A program made the position numbers and the translations under genes. Under the pieces are notes generated by a model. The model made no database searches. It saw only the letters and a list, made by a program, of their open reading frames with translations, and had not been told where the DNA came from. Positions 54,612-64,000 of a stretch of 64,000 nt of DNA are shown piece by piece; position 1 is the first letter of the stretch; every line of letters starts with the position of its first letter. Source of the stretch: Oxalobacter formigenes (GTDB taxonomy: Bacteria > Pseudomonadota > Gammaproteobacteria > Burkholderiales > Burkholderiaceae_D); the NCBI GenBank assembly GCA_023667225.1, contig JAMPAN010000001.1, positions 728,365 through 792,364 on the forward strand. Reading direction: 5' to 3'.

Positions 54612-55664
54612 ATGCAGCTCGGCCCCTATACGCTTCCCAACAACGTCTTCCTGGCCCCTATGGCCGGCATAACCGACCAGCCGTTCAGGCAGCTTTGCCG
54701 GCAGCTTGGAGCAGGATACGCCGTCTCCGAAATGGTCGCGGCCAACCCGCAGCTCTGGCAAACCCCAAAAAGCCAAAAACGCATAGCCGGCGGGGCTGAA
54801 CCGGCTCCCCGCGCCGTCCAGATCACCGGGGCCGATCCGGCCGTCATGGCAGATTGCGCCCGCTACAATATAGACTTGGGCGCCCAGATCATCGACATCA
54901 ACATGGGCTGCCCGGTCAAAAAAGTCTGCAACAACTGGTGCGGTTCGGCGCTGCTGCGGGATGAAAAACGCGTGGCGGCCATCCTGGAAGCCGTCGTCAA
55001 GGCTGTTAATGTTCCCGTCACCCTCAAATACCGCACCGGCTGGAACAGGGAAAACAAAAACGCCCTGGCCATTGCCAAAATCGCCGAAGCTGCCGGTATC
55101 GCCATGCTTACCCTGCATGGGCGCACACGGGAAGACGCCTATGGCGGAAAAGCGGAATATGAAACCATTGCACAGGTAAAAGACCAGGTCGCCATTCCGG
55201 TGGTTGCCAACGGCGATATTGATTCGCCCGAAAAAGCGCGGCAAGTGCTGGCGGCAACACAAGCAGACGCCGTCATGGTTGGCCGGGCGGCACAGGGAAA
55301 GCCGTGGCTGTTTCAGGCCATCACCCATTACCTCGAAACAGGCAGCCTGCTGCCAAACCCGGCAATAGCGGAAATCCGCCGGTGGGTTCTGGGCCACCTC
55401 CAGGAACATTACACTTTTTACGGTGAAATAATCGGCGTACGCAGTGCCAGAAAGCACATAGGATGGTATATTAATGGACTGCCCGGTGCAGAAACATGCG
55501 GTGCGCAGATTAACCGGATTGATTCCTGTGAAGAGCAGCTTGCGCATGTTGACGCTTTTTTCGCATCCCTGATGAAACACGAAAAAAACAAGGCTGCGCC
55601 ATCTGGCGCTGCAACCGTGCATCAGCAGCCCGATACCATAATAACCGCCGCTTGCAGAAAATGA
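54612..55664 (+). CDS. dusB: tRNA-dihydrouridine synthase B
   Basis: Dus TIM-barrel (LAPMAGITD, NMGCP). Followed by fis with an ATGA overlap. Confidence 0.85.
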   Translation: MQLGPYTLPNNVFLAPMAGITDQPFRQLCRQLGAGYAVSEMVAANPQLWQTPKSQKRIAGGAEPAPRAVQITGADPAVMADCARYNIDLGAQIIDINMGCPVKKVCNNWCGSALLRDEKRVAAILEAVVKAVNVPVTLKYRTGWNRENKNALAIAKIAEAAGIAMLTLHGRTREDAYGGKAEYETIAQVKDQVAIPVVANGDIDSPEKARQVLAATQADAVMVGRAAQGKPWLFQAITHYLETGSLLPNPAIAEIRRWVLGHLQEHYTFYGEIIGVRSARKHIGWYINGLPGAETCGAQINRIDSCEEQLAHVDAFFASLMKHEKNKAAPSGAATVHQQPDTIITAACRK

Positions 55665-55894
55665 GCAAAGAACGCATCCAGGAAGTCATTTCCCAAAGCC
55701 TGCATGACTACTTCAACATGCTGGACGGGCAAAAACCGGCCGGCATCTACGAAATGGTCATGCGCACAGTTGAAAAACCGGTTCTGGCCGCCGTCATGGC
55801 CCATGCCGGAAACAATCAGTCCCTGGCTGCGGAAATGCTGGGAATCAACCGCAATACCCTGCGTAAAAAACTGCTTGAACATAAGCTGCTGTAA
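55661..55894 (+). CDS. fis: DNA-binding protein Fis
   Basis: The C-terminal [24 protein letters not shown] aligns with E. coli Fis. 77 aa from the ATG at 55661. Confidence 0.85.
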   Translation: MSKERIQEVISQSLHDYFNMLDGQKPAGIYEMVMRTVEKPVLAAVMAHAGNNQSLAAEMLGINRNTLRKKLLEHKLL

Positions 55895-55947
55895 ACTGCC
55901 GCTTTGCTTGCGCCTTTTTCTCTTTATCTGCAAAACCTGAACTGAAC

Positions 55948-57513
55948 ATGAGCCGATTCGCCCTGATCTCCGTTTCTGATAAAACCGGCATTGCCGGGTT
56001 TGCCCGTGCGCTTGCCGACATGGGAATAACCATCCTTTCAACCGGCGGCACAGCCGGGCTGTTGCAAAAAAACGGCATCCCCGTTACCGAAGTGGCCAGC
56101 CACACCGGCTTTCCGGAAATGCTGGATGGCCGCATCAAAACCCTGCACCCCAAAATACACGGCGGCATCCTGGCAAGGCGCGACCTTAAAACCCACCTGG
56201 ACGCCCTCTCGCAGCACGGCATTCCCGCCATCGACATGGTTGTTGTCAACCTCTACCCCTTCCGGCAGACCGTTGCCGCGCCAGACTGCACGCTGGAAGA
56301 TGCCATCGAAAACATTGATATCGGCGGTCCCGCCATGCTCCGCTCGGCAGCTAAAAACTGCCGGCATGTCGCCGTAGTCTGCGATCCGGCCGACTATGCA
56401 GGCATAGCGGAAGAAATGCAAAACAACGGCGGCACATTAACGGAAAACCGCCGCTTTGACCTGGCCAGAAAAGCCTTTTTCCACACTGCGCAATACGACA
56501 GCGCCATCGCCAGCTACCTCTCCAGCCTGGGCGAAAACAAAGCGCACGCCTCACGCAGCGCCTATCCCCAAAACCTCAGCCTGCATTTCGAAAAAGTCCA
56601 GGAAATGCGCTATGGCGAAAACCCGCACCAGTCCGCCGCCTTCTACCGTGAACAGGCCGTACCGGCAGGCGCGCTGGCAAGTTATCGCCAGCTTCAGGGC
56701 AAAGCGCTGTCATACAACAACATCAGCGATGCCGATGCGGCATGGGAATGCGTCAAAACCTTCGATGAACCCGCCTGCGTCATCATCAAACACGCCAACC
56801 CCTGCGGCGTTGCCATTGGCAGCAATCTCTGCGAAGCCTATCAAAACGCCTTAAGCACCGATCCGGAAGCCGCCTTTGGCGGCATCATTGCCTTTAACCG
56901 CGAACTGGATAAAGCGGCCGCCGAAGAAGTGGCGAAACTGTTTGTCGAAGTGCTGATTGCACCTGCCTTCTCCCCCGAAGCGCGCGCCGCCCTTTCCGGC
57001 AAGAAAAACGTCCGCCTCCTGGAAATCCCGCCTGGCAAGGCGCTTAACGAATATGAAGTCAAAAGCGTAGGCGGCGGCCTCCTCATCCAGTCGCCCGATG
57101 CCGCCGGCATTGCCGCCTCCGGCCTGGAACCGGTCACCAAAAAAACGCCCTCTGAAAAACAAATGCAGGATATGCTCTTTGCCTGGCGCGTCGTCAAATT
57201 CGTCAAATCCAACGCCATCGTCTTTTGCCGCGGCGGCAAAACCCTCGCCATCGGCGCAGGCCAGACAAGCCGGGTAGATGCCGCCCGCACCGCCGTCATG
57301 AAAGCGCAAAACGCCGGCATATCGCTGTCCGGCGCGGCCGTAGCCTCCGATGCCTTCTTCCCCTTCCGTGATGGGCTGGATATTGTGGCAGATGCCGGGG
57401 CAGCCGCCGTTATCCAGCCGGGCGGCTCCATCCGTGACCAGGAAGTCATCGACGCCGCAAACGGGCGGGGGCTGACTATGGTCTTTACCGCCATACGCCA
57501 TTTCCGGCACTGA
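55948..57513 (+). CDS. purH: Bifunctional AICAR transformylase / IMP cyclohydrolase
   Basis: MGS-like domain ([10 protein letters not shown]) plus AICARFT domain. 521 aa. Confidence 0.9.
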   Translation: MSRFALISVSDKTGIAGFARALADMGITILSTGGTAGLLQKNGIPVTEVASHTGFPEMLDGRIKTLHPKIHGGILARRDLKTHLDALSQHGIPAIDMVVVNLYPFRQTVAAPDCTLEDAIENIDIGGPAMLRSAAKNCRHVAVVCDPADYAGIAEEMQNNGGTLTENRRFDLARKAFFHTAQYDSAIASYLSSLGENKAHASRSAYPQNLSLHFEKVQEMRYGENPHQSAAFYREQAVPAGALASYRQLQGKALSYNNISDADAAWECVKTFDEPACVIIKHANPCGVAIGSNLCEAYQNALSTDPEAAFGGIIAFNRELDKAAAEEVAKLFVEVLIAPAFSPEARAALSGKKNVRLLEIPPGKALNEYEVKSVGGGLLIQSPDAAGIAASGLEPVTKKTPSEKQMQDMLFAWRVVKFVKSNAIVFCRGGKTLAIGAGQTSRVDAARTAVMKAQNAGISLSGAAVASDAFFPFRDGLDIVADAGAAAVIQPGGSIRDQEVIDAANGRGLTMVFTAIRHFRH

Positions 57514-57538
57514 CTTTCTGGAAACGGCACGCTGTCCC

Positions 57539-58084
57539 ATGAGAATCTTGGGCATTGATCCGGGACTCAGGATAACCGGCTTCGGCGTCATTGAAAAACA
57601 GGGCGCGCAGCTTTCCTATATAGCCTCCGGCACCGTGCAAACCCCCTCGGATGCCGGCCTGCCAGAACGCCTGAAAATCATCCTCGAAGGCGTAACGGAA
57701 ATCATCCGCACATACCGCCCGGAACAGGCCGCCATCGAAAAAGTATTCGTCAACGTCAATCCGCAATCCACCCTGCTGCTGGGCCAGGCGCGCGGCGCCG
57801 CCATCTGCGCCCTGGTCAACGCCAGCCTGGCCGTCTCGGAATATACTGCCCTGCAAATCAAGCAGGCCGTTGTCGGGCATGGCAAAGCCCAGAAAAAACA
57901 GGTACAGGATATGGTACAGCGCCTCCTTTCCCTGCCCGGCAAGCCCAAAAGCGACCCGGCAGACGCCCTGGGCGCGGCCATCTGCCACGCCAACACCTTC
58001 GATACCCTGCATACCATGCAGAAAGCCGCGTCGCTCGCCCCGGCAAGCGGCTTCCGCATCCGGGGCGGACGCCTCATCCGGTAA
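57539..58084 (+). CDS. ruvC: Crossover junction endodeoxyribonuclease
   Basis: [17 protein letters not shown]-terminus. ruvC-ruvA-ruvB cluster. Confidence 0.9.
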   Translation: MRILGIDPGLRITGFGVIEKQGAQLSYIASGTVQTPSDAGLPERLKIILEGVTEIIRTYRPEQAAIEKVFVNVNPQSTLLLGQARGAAICALVNASLAVSEYTALQIKQAVVGHGKAQKKQVQDMVQRLLSLPGKPKSDPADALGAAICHANTFDTLHTMQKAASLAPASGFRIRGGRLIR

Positions 58085-58130
58085 GAGATTGTGGTATATA
58101 TAAGCATCTTTTTCACGTTAAAACTTGCAC

Positions 58131-58712
58131 ATGATAGCTCGCATCAGTGGCACCCTGCTCCAGAAAGCCCCGCCCGCCATCCTGGTTGACTGCCAGGGAA
58201 TCGGTTATGAAATCGACGTCTCTATGGGCACCTTCTACAACCTGCCTTCCATTGGCGAAAAAGTCACCCTCTTCACCCATCTGGCCGTCCGGGAAGACGC
58301 CCATCTCCTGTACGGCTTTGGCAGCCAGGAAGAACGGGACCTTTTCCGCCAGCTGATCCGCATCTCCGGCATCGGCGCAAGAACCGCCCTTTCCCTCCTT
58401 TCCGGCATGTCAGTCGCCGAAATGGTTCAGGCCGTCACCCTCCAGGATACTGCCCGCTTCTCGCGCATCCCCGGCATCGGCAAAAAAACAGCCGAGCGCC
58501 TCCTGCTGGAACTCAAGGGCAAACTGGGCGCAGACCTGGAAGGCGCCGGCAGCGCCGCCGCACAGGGCGGCAACATGGCCGACATCCTCAACGCCCTGAT
58601 AGCGCTGGGATACTCCTCGCGGGAAGTCCATACAGTCCTCCGGCAAATCCCGGCAGACAGCACCGTATCAGACGGCATCAAACTGGCGCTCAAATCCCTC
58701 TCAAAAGGATAA
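58131..58712 (+). CDS. ruvA: Holliday junction branch migration complex subunit RuvA
   Basis: MIARISGTL..., HhH motifs ([12 protein letters not shown]). ATG at 58131. Confidence 0.9.
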   Translation: MIARISGTLLQKAPPAILVDCQGIGYEIDVSMGTFYNLPSIGEKVTLFTHLAVREDAHLLYGFGSQEERDLFRQLIRISGIGARTALSLLSGMSVAEMVQAVTLQDTARFSRIPGIGKKTAERLLLELKGKLGADLEGAGSAAAQGGNMADILNALIALGYSSREVHTVLRQIPADSTVSDGIKLALKSLSKG

Positions 58713-58742
58713 TTCCCCGCGCCAGGACAGGAAAACACCGGC

Positions 58743-59816
58743 ATGAGCATACAAACAGACAACTTCACCGAATCGCGCATCATTGCGCCCGCCCCCGCTT
58801 CCCCCAATGAAGAAGCCATCGAGCGCGCTTTGCGCCCCAAACACCTGGACGAATATGTCGGCCAGCAAAAAACGCGGGAACAGCTGGAAATATTCATCGC
58901 CGCAGCCCGCAAGCGCGGCGAAGCGCTGGACCATACCCTGCTGTTCGGCCCGCCCGGCCTCGGCAAGACCACCCTGGCCCACATCATCGCCAGAGAAATG
59001 GGCGTCAACCTGCGCCAGACCTCCGGGCCGGTGCTGGAAAGGCCCGGCGACCTGGCAGCGCTTTTGACCAACCTGGAAACAAACGACGTCCTCTTCATCG
59101 ACGAAATACACCGCATGTCGCCCGTTGTGGAAGAAATCCTCTATCCCGCGCTCGAAGACTACCAGATAGATATCCTCATCGGCGAAGGCCCTGCCGCCCG
59201 CTCCGTCAAACTGGATCTCCAGCCCTTTACCCTCGTTGGAGCCACCACCCGCGCCGGTATGCTGACCAATCCCCTGCGCGACCGCTTCGGCGTTGTTGCC
59301 CGGCTAGAGTTCTACCATGTGGAAGACCTCACCAAAATCGTCATGCGCAGCGCCGGACTCCTCAATACCCCCATCAGGAAAGACGGCGCAGAAGAAATCG
59401 CCCGGCGCGCACGGGGCACCCCCCGCATTGCCAACCGGCTGCTGCGGCGGGTAAGGGACTATGCCGAAGTCAAGGGAACCGGCGAAATCACCCGCAAAAT
59501 GGCCGGCGATGCCCTGAAAATGCTGGATGTCGATCCGGTCGGCTTCGATGTCATGGACAGGAAACTCCTGGAAGCCATCCTCTTCAAATTCGGCGGCGGG
59601 CCTGTCGGCATCAACAACCTGGCGGCTGCCATCGGCGAAGAAGTCGATACCATCGAAGACGTACTGGAACCCTACCTCATCCAGCAAGGCTACCTGCAGC
59701 GCACCCCGCGCGGCAGAATGGCCACCGCCTCCACCTACCGGCATTTTGGCCTGGCCCGGCCCGCACAGGGGCAAAATGCCGGCCTGTGGGACAACCTGCC
59801 GGAAACCCGGCCATGA
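58743..59816 (+). CDS. ruvB: Holliday junction branch migration complex subunit RuvB
   Basis: AAA+ Walker [10 protein letters not shown], Walker B DEIHR. Confidence 0.9.
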   Translation: MSIQTDNFTESRIIAPAPASPNEEAIERALRPKHLDEYVGQQKTREQLEIFIAAARKRGEALDHTLLFGPPGLGKTTLAHIIAREMGVNLRQTSGPVLERPGDLAALLTNLETNDVLFIDEIHRMSPVVEEILYPALEDYQIDILIGEGPAARSVKLDLQPFTLVGATTRAGMLTNPLRDRFGVVARLEFYHVEDLTKIVMRSAGLLNTPIRKDGAEEIARRARGTPRIANRLLRRVRDYAEVKGTGEITRKMAGDALKMLDVDPVGFDVMDRKLLEAILFKFGGGPVGINNLAAAIGEEVDTIEDVLEPYLIQQGYLQRTPRGRMATASTYRHFGLARPAQGQNAGLWDNLPETRP

Positions 59817-60223
59817 ATACAGCAAAAACACCCATTGACGTTGCCGCCGGCATCCTCATCCGCGAAAACGGCGATATCCTGCTCGGACAGCGCCCGGAGG
59901 GAAAACCCTATGCCGGTTACTGGGAATTTCCGGGCGGAAAAGTAGAACCGGGCGAAAGCATCGAAGCCGCATTAAAGCGGGAATTCATCGAAGAACTGGG
60001 CATTGTCATCCTCTCGCAGGAACCCTGGTGCGGCGTGGAATACCGCTACCCCCACGCCCACGTCCGCCTGCACTTCTTCATCAGCCGCCATTGGCAGGGA
60101 AAACCCCAAAGCCGGGAAGGCCAGGCCTTTGCCTGGCAGGGAAAAATCAGCGTAGCACCCTTGCTGCCCGCTGCCATCCCCCTCCTTGCCTGGCTGGATA
60201 GCCTCCGCTTCCCGCCAGCCTGA
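59813..60223 (+). CDS. Nudix hydrolase, MutT-like (8-oxo-dGTP diphosphatase family)
   Basis: Nudix box [26 protein letters not shown] at 59813 overlaps the ruvB stop. Confidence 0.75.
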   Translation: MNTAKTPIDVAAGILIRENGDILLGQRPEGKPYAGYWEFPGGKVEPGESIEAALKREFIEELGIVILSQEPWCGVEYRYPHAHVRLHFFISRHWQGKPQSREGQAFAWQGKISVAPLLPAAIPLLAWLDSLRFPPA

Positions 60224-60336
60224 ACCGGCCAAACCTCCCTGCTCCGTTTCTTCCTCCTTTTGCCCTCACGGCAAGCCGAAAACTGCCCCCTGGATATTGC
60301 CGCCGTTCGCCAAATCAGCGATAATGCACAAGCGTT

Positions 60337-60423
60337 GCCGGAGTGGCGAAATTGGTAGACGCACGAGACTCAAAATCTCGCGGGGGCGACCCCGTGCCGG
60401 TTCGATTCCGGCCTCCGGTACCA
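60337..60423 (+). tRNA. tRNA-Leu (anticodon CAA), CCA encoded
   Basis: Hand-folded: acceptor gccggag/ctccggt (G1-U72), anticodon stem cgaga/tctcg with loop ctCAAaa, long variable arm, T-loop GGTTCGATTCC, 3' ACCA. Confidence 0.85.
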
Positions 60424-60426
60424 GAA

Positions 60427-60456
60427 TTCCCTCCTAGTATCCCCCCCAAAAAACTG
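60427..60456. repeat. Left copy of the islet-flanking direct repeat (15-bp exact core ATCCCCCCCAAAAAA at 60439-60453)
   Basis: Compared by eye with 63781-63811: 9 of 11 matches in the upstream arm and an identical 15-bp core. Confidence 0.5.
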
Positions 60457-60470
60457 TCCGCGTAGAAAAA

Positions 60471-60842
60471 ATGAAGAGATTAATAACTCCTCTATTGCTT
60501 CCTCTTATAACAACGGCTTGTGTTCATTCAACACCTATGCCGGTACAAGTCTCTCAACCGGGCGATGCCATAATGTCCTGTGAAAGTATCCAGGAAGAAA
60601 TGAGCAAAATGCAAAATAAAGTAGCAGAAAGCGATAGCGAACATAATAACCAAGTAGCAAAAAATGTTGGACTCGGCGTAGCCGGTGCATTACTTATAGT
60701 TCCATGGTTTTTTATGGATACAAGCGATGCTAATACTATTGAGGCAAAAGCTGCTAAAGAAAGATATCTAAAATTGGGTACAATGTGGCGTGATAAAGGA
60801 TGTGATCAAGAAGCCGCGAATAAAATCACCTCTGCAAAGTAA
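60471..60842 (+). CDS. Putative small lipoprotein (123 aa) encoded in the AT-rich islet
   Basis: Signal peptide MKRLITPLLLPLITTAC with a lipobox-like TTAC. AT-rich codon usage. ATG at 60471. Confidence 0.55.
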   Translation: MKRLITPLLLPLITTACVHSTPMPVQVSQPGDAIMSCESIQEEMSKMQNKVAESDSEHNNQVAKNVGLGVAGALLIVPWFFMDTSDANTIEAKAAKERYLKLGTMWRDKGCDQEAANKITSAK

Positions 60843-61451
60843 TGGCATACTGATTTATATAGAATTCATATCGAGTAATATTCATTCAAGCAACTTAAGA
60901 TAAACTACATCTTTAATTATTCCACATACAATATTAATCAATATAGCCTTTTATTCCTTTTTTGTTTCTGCTCTCACATACTATGTCGTCTAGTATTGCC
61001 TTATTTCAAATTATTCAGGTACCATCTATCTAAATAGACACCACAGTAGAACAAAGGCATTATAATTCAATAGCCTATTATTCAAAAAGGGGCGACAGGC
61101 AAAAATTTCCTTCTAAAAACGCTCCGCACAATAAAAATAAATCAACTCATAAAGATAAAAAGAACCATCTTTAACCTATCTTTTTTGAAAAATTCTTTAT
61201 TTATAGAATAAAATTGCCGACGTATTCTATAATACCCTATCAATAATTTATCGCCACCACATCACAAAAGACCAAGGCAGCGAATGAAAAATAAAATTAT
61301 CTATGGTTTCATTAAGTTTTTTCAATAATGAATCATTCACCAATCAATTTAATAAAAGGTCACCTACACCTGCAAAGACTCTCCTACTTCCGAAAAAATA
61401 GAAACTGAAATAGATAAACCTGATACAACAAGGGGAGATAGAGGGAAAGGT

Positions 61452-61763
61452 ATGTTAGTTCTTAAGAAATCCGAAATAAGTGTCATGCGCATACAATCTC
61501 CGGGATTTGAAGAAATCTTTATAAAAAAAGAAGACTTGGCCGATGATATGTATATGTCCTGCAACCATATCGACCACCTGCACTTATTCTGCATGCACAC
61601 TGTGTATATAGAACGCGGATTAACCTTGAAAGAAGCCAGCAAAGCTTTAAAACTGCCCCCAAAATTTCACTTTTGGAGAACATGCTGTTTTTGTGCGATC
61701 AGAACTTTTTTTAAAGAAATTGGAAACCACATTAAAAAAGAAGAAGCTAAAACACGAAAGTAG
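61452..61763 (+). CDS. Doubtful small ORF or regulator remnant (103 aa)
   Basis: Contains a possible HTH-like stretch RGLTLKEASKALKL. Lies within very AT-rich DNA and is rich in Cys/His/Phe. Could be a decayed gene. Confidence 0.3.
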   Translation: MLVLKKSEISVMRIQSPGFEEIFIKKEDLADDMYMSCNHIDHLHLFCMHTVYIERGLTLKEASKALKLPPKFHFWRTCCFCAIRTFFKEIGNHIKKEEAKTRK

Positions 61764-62284
61764 ATTAGTTGAATATTACAATCCGGATAAACAACAATCC
61801 TTTACATAGAAGGAACTTCCATTCAAAAAAATACAGCTGCCAACGAGAATTTAGGATATGATTAATACAGGAGTTGCAGGAACCGACCCGCTTAAACTTG
61901 ACATTGGAGATATAAACAAATTCTGTATAAAAAATGAAATCCGCTAATCTTACTAATGCAGAGATAAGATTTAAAGACTAACTGCTTCTCTCAAGAACTT
62001 ACTTATAAAGGAAGAACCTTCCGTAAAAAATAGCAATTTCCTTTGAAGAAACGGGCGATATATGCCCTAAAAACAAGGCGGGATATCCTGCGTATGGATG
62101 CCCCATCCGAAAGCTGGTAAAGTAACACTTGGAGCACAAGAATATAGCAAAGTACAATGGGAACATATTGGGATAGGAAAATGCAAACAATAACCTTCCC
62201 CAAAACCACAGGAAAAACAGGCTCCCTACCTGCTAAAATAAACGCAAAAACATCTCGACCACCCATAAAAACAGGAGCCTCCGG

Positions 62285-62920
62285 ATGAAAGTATTACTGT
62301 TTAACGGTTCGCCGCACCCAAACGGCTGCACCTATACCGCCCTTAAAGAAATAGCCAAAACCCTCAAAGAAGAAGGCATTGAATCGGAAATCTGCCAAAT
62401 CGGAACAGGCGCAATCACCCCTTGCCGAGGCTGCTTTGCCTGTTCCAGAATGGGAAGATGCGTTACCAGCGATGACGGCGTCAACAAATTTCTGGAATAT
62501 GCCAAAGACTTTGACGGCTTTATTTTTGGCACCCCCGTCCATTACGCCTCGGCAAGCGGCGGCATCACCGCCTTTCTGGACAGGGTCTTTCTTGTCAATT
62601 CCACAGGCGGCAAAAAAATCTTCGAGCACAAGCCGGGCGCAGCCATTGCCTGCGCAAGACGCGCCGGCACAACGGCAACGCTGGATCAGATCAACAAATA
62701 CTTTGCCATTACGCAAATGCCCATCATTTCAGGCCGCTACTGGAACATGGTGCATGGCAACAATGCAGAAGAAGCCATGCAGGATCTGGAAGGCATGCAA
62801 AACATGAGAATCCTCGCGCGTAATTTCGCCTGGCACCTGAAATGCCGGGAAGCCGCGCAAAAAGCAGGCATAGAAATGCCACGGCAGGAAGAAACCGTCT
62901 GGACAAACTTCATCAGATAA
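62285..62920 (+). CDS. Flavodoxin-like fold NAD(P)H-dependent FMN reductase / iron-sulfur flavoprotein-like
   Basis: MKVLLFNGSPHPNGCTY (FMN-binding P-loop-like), CRGCFAC cysteine motif, FIFGTPVHYASASGG. 211 aa. Confidence 0.75.
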   Translation: MKVLLFNGSPHPNGCTYTALKEIAKTLKEEGIESEICQIGTGAITPCRGCFACSRMGRCVTSDDGVNKFLEYAKDFDGFIFGTPVHYASASGGITAFLDRVFLVNSTGGKKIFEHKPGAAIACARRAGTTATLDQINKYFAITQMPIISGRYWNMVHGNNAEEAMQDLEGMQNMRILARNFAWHLKCREAAQKAGIEMPRQEETVWTNFIR

Positions 62921-63277
62921 AAAAACAGGCAAAACACAGCATTTGCCGGTAAAACGCCTGTAAAAGTATTCAGCCCGCATAGGCAGAGTAAAATGCTGCT
63001 TGCGCAAACCTGCCGCTAATGCACAGGCATTGCCGGAAATACAGTTATCATCAGAAGCTGCCCGAATACCGGGGCAGCTTCCTGCCGGCGGAGAAACCTG
63101 CTTGGATATCACATGCCCCAGCCTTGACAGGCTGTTCCGGAAAACCAGGAGAACAGGCGCCCGTGATAATCCGCACCGTCATGCCCCTGGCAAATCAGGT
63201 ATTCCTGCGAAAATGATTTTTGTCTCATTTTTACGCAATCAATACCCCCTCAAAAAACAGACAGGAGGATAGAAAAA

Positions 63278-63646
63278 ATGGAAAAAGCCGTAAAAATCAT
63301 GGAAAAACTGGCCAGCGGATGCCAGCACGACCTGGATGCCATCAAGACTGCACTCGAAAATAAAGCACACCTGGCCGAATTGGGAATAGATGACGAAAAC
63401 GCGGTAAAACAGGCGCATCATATCGTATGCAAAGCTATCGAGTACTTTGGCGGCGATTTCCCTGCCGCACCTTACTACGCTGTCTGTTCGAAAACAATGG
63501 AAACGATGGGTTTTGACACAAAAAAAGAAGCCGAAGAGTGGTCAAAAGAGATGGAAATTCAATTCCCCTGCGGTTACCGGGACGCCGGAGCGCCGCCTGC
63601 GGCATTCGGATGGGCATTTATCATCAAAAACGCCCTCGGCATGTAG
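63278..63646 (+). CDS. Hypothetical protein (122 aa)
   Basis: Strong RBS CAGGAGGAT seven nt upstream of the ATG. No recognisable motif. Confidence 0.55.
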   Translation: MEKAVKIMEKLASGCQHDLDAIKTALENKAHLAELGIDDENAVKQAHHIVCKAIEYFGGDFPAAPYYAVCSKTMETMGFDTKKEAEEWSKEMEIQFPCGYRDAGAPPAAFGWAFIIKNALGM

Positions 63647-63780
63647 GCTTTCCCCTGCGGAATTCAAAACGCTTCGGGAAGCGCCGGGGCCCCTGCAAAG
63701 GAGCAGGATGAGAGCGAAGCGCCTCAGGCAGCCGGGCAATTTTGCATTCATCATCTTCCGCGCCACGCTATGCAGGTTAC

Positions 63781-63811
63781 TTCCTGCCTGTAAAATCCCC
63801 CCCAAAAAAAC
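63781..63811. repeat. Right copy of the islet-flanking direct repeat (core at 63795-63809)
   Basis: See the left copy. Confidence 0.5.
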
Positions 63812-63870
63812 GGCTGGCCGTACCTGGAGCAGCCATAAAACAACGCAGCACAGGCGCCGGTTTGTTCCAT

Positions 63871-63904
63871 AAAAAAACAAGGGCTTCCGTAAAGGAAGCC
63901 CTTG
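63871..63904. terminator. Rho-independent terminator for the minus-strand gene entering from the right edge
   Basis: Perfect 10-bp stem aagggcttcc/ggaagccctt (63879-63888 and 63894-63903) with loop gtaaa. A7 run at 63871-63877 on the plus strand, a T-run on the minus strand. Confidence 0.6.
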
Positions 63905-63963
63905 CCCAACAGAAAGAGTAAGGGAAGACAAAAACCTCTACCGTCCTGTTGTCAAACCCGCAT

Positions 63964-64000
63964 CAGAACTTGTGGGTCATACCGATCTGGAAGGCCGTAA
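63964..64000 (-). CDS. 3' end of a probable outer-membrane porin gene (C-terminal ...TAFQIGMTHKF-stop)
   Basis: Minus-strand reading frame ends with an aromatic C-terminal Phe before TGA (plus-strand tca at 63964-63966). Followed by a strong terminator. Only 11 codons are visible. Confidence 0.3.

Larger units (their letters stand above)
60427..63811. mobile_element. tRNA-Leu-adjacent low-GC islet (about 3.4 kb) bounded by imperfect direct repeats; no integrase within the window
   Basis: GC drops from about 60% to about 30-45% immediately after the tRNA CCA end. Flanked by ttccctcctagtATCCCCCCCAAAAAAc (60427-60456) and ttcctgcctgtaaaATCCCCCCCAAAAAAAc (63781-63811). Backbone GC resumes after 63811. 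Confidence 0.45.

Noticed and set aside
62921-63277. Possible cobalamin riboswitch upstream of the hypothetical gene at 63278.
   Set aside because: Only a loose B12-box-like stretch is present. The conserved GGTGCC / AAxAGGGAA / GCCACTG elements are not found, so it is retained only as a low-interest structured-leader finding.

Overview
This 64-kb window is a high-GC (about 58-62%) chromosomal segment from a Gram-negative bacterium. Gene content and local gene order look betaproteobacterial (tilS-accA, cysS-ppiB-lpxH, dusB-fis, purH-ruvCAB, gmk-rpoZ-spoT), but this is an impression from synteny, not a search result. Most of it is densely packed housekeeping genes on both strands: lysC, tilS, accA, cysS, ppiB, lpxH, cysE, rlmB, rnr, an ETF-ubiquinone oxidoreductase, cspA, nudF, rarA, gdhA, serS, ggt, metC, rimO, pgeF, rluD, bamD, gmk, rpoZ, spoT, tyrS, an M23 peptidase, anmK, dtd, dusB, fis, purH, ruvCAB, a mutT-like Nudix and two tRNA-Leu genes.

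Three regions stand out against this backbone:

- 8.2-16.1 kb: two tandem, paralogous giant envelope proteins of the DUF748/AsmA-like type (about 1100 and 1500 aa).
- 16.3-19.7 kb: an aspT-asdA module encoding an aspartate:alanine antiporter and an aspartate 4-decarboxylase.
- 28.75-34.5 kb and 60.43-63.81 kb: two low-GC insertions that look horizontally acquired.

The first insertion sits between rarA and gdhA. It carries a tight three-gene operon: an SPFH/Band-7-like (COG4260-type) protein ending in five tandem zinc ribbons, a 4-TM membrane protein, and a zinc-ribbon + TM + coiled-coil protein with 4 x 27-bp in-frame repeats. Upstream are a 300-aa protein with no recognisable motifs and a divergent XRE-type HTH regulator. 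The architecture resembles the Bacillus PspA-associated YdjG/H/I module, but no PspA gene is present. This is the best candidate for an undescribed membrane-stress or defence-type system in the window.

The second insertion lies immediately 3' of tRNA-Leu(CAA). It is bounded by an imperfect 30-bp direct repeat with a 15-bp exact core, has no integrase in view, and carries a lipoprotein, a flavodoxin-like protein and a hypothetical protein amid very AT-rich non-coding DNA.

No CRISPR arrays, rRNA genes or transposase/integrase genes were seen.
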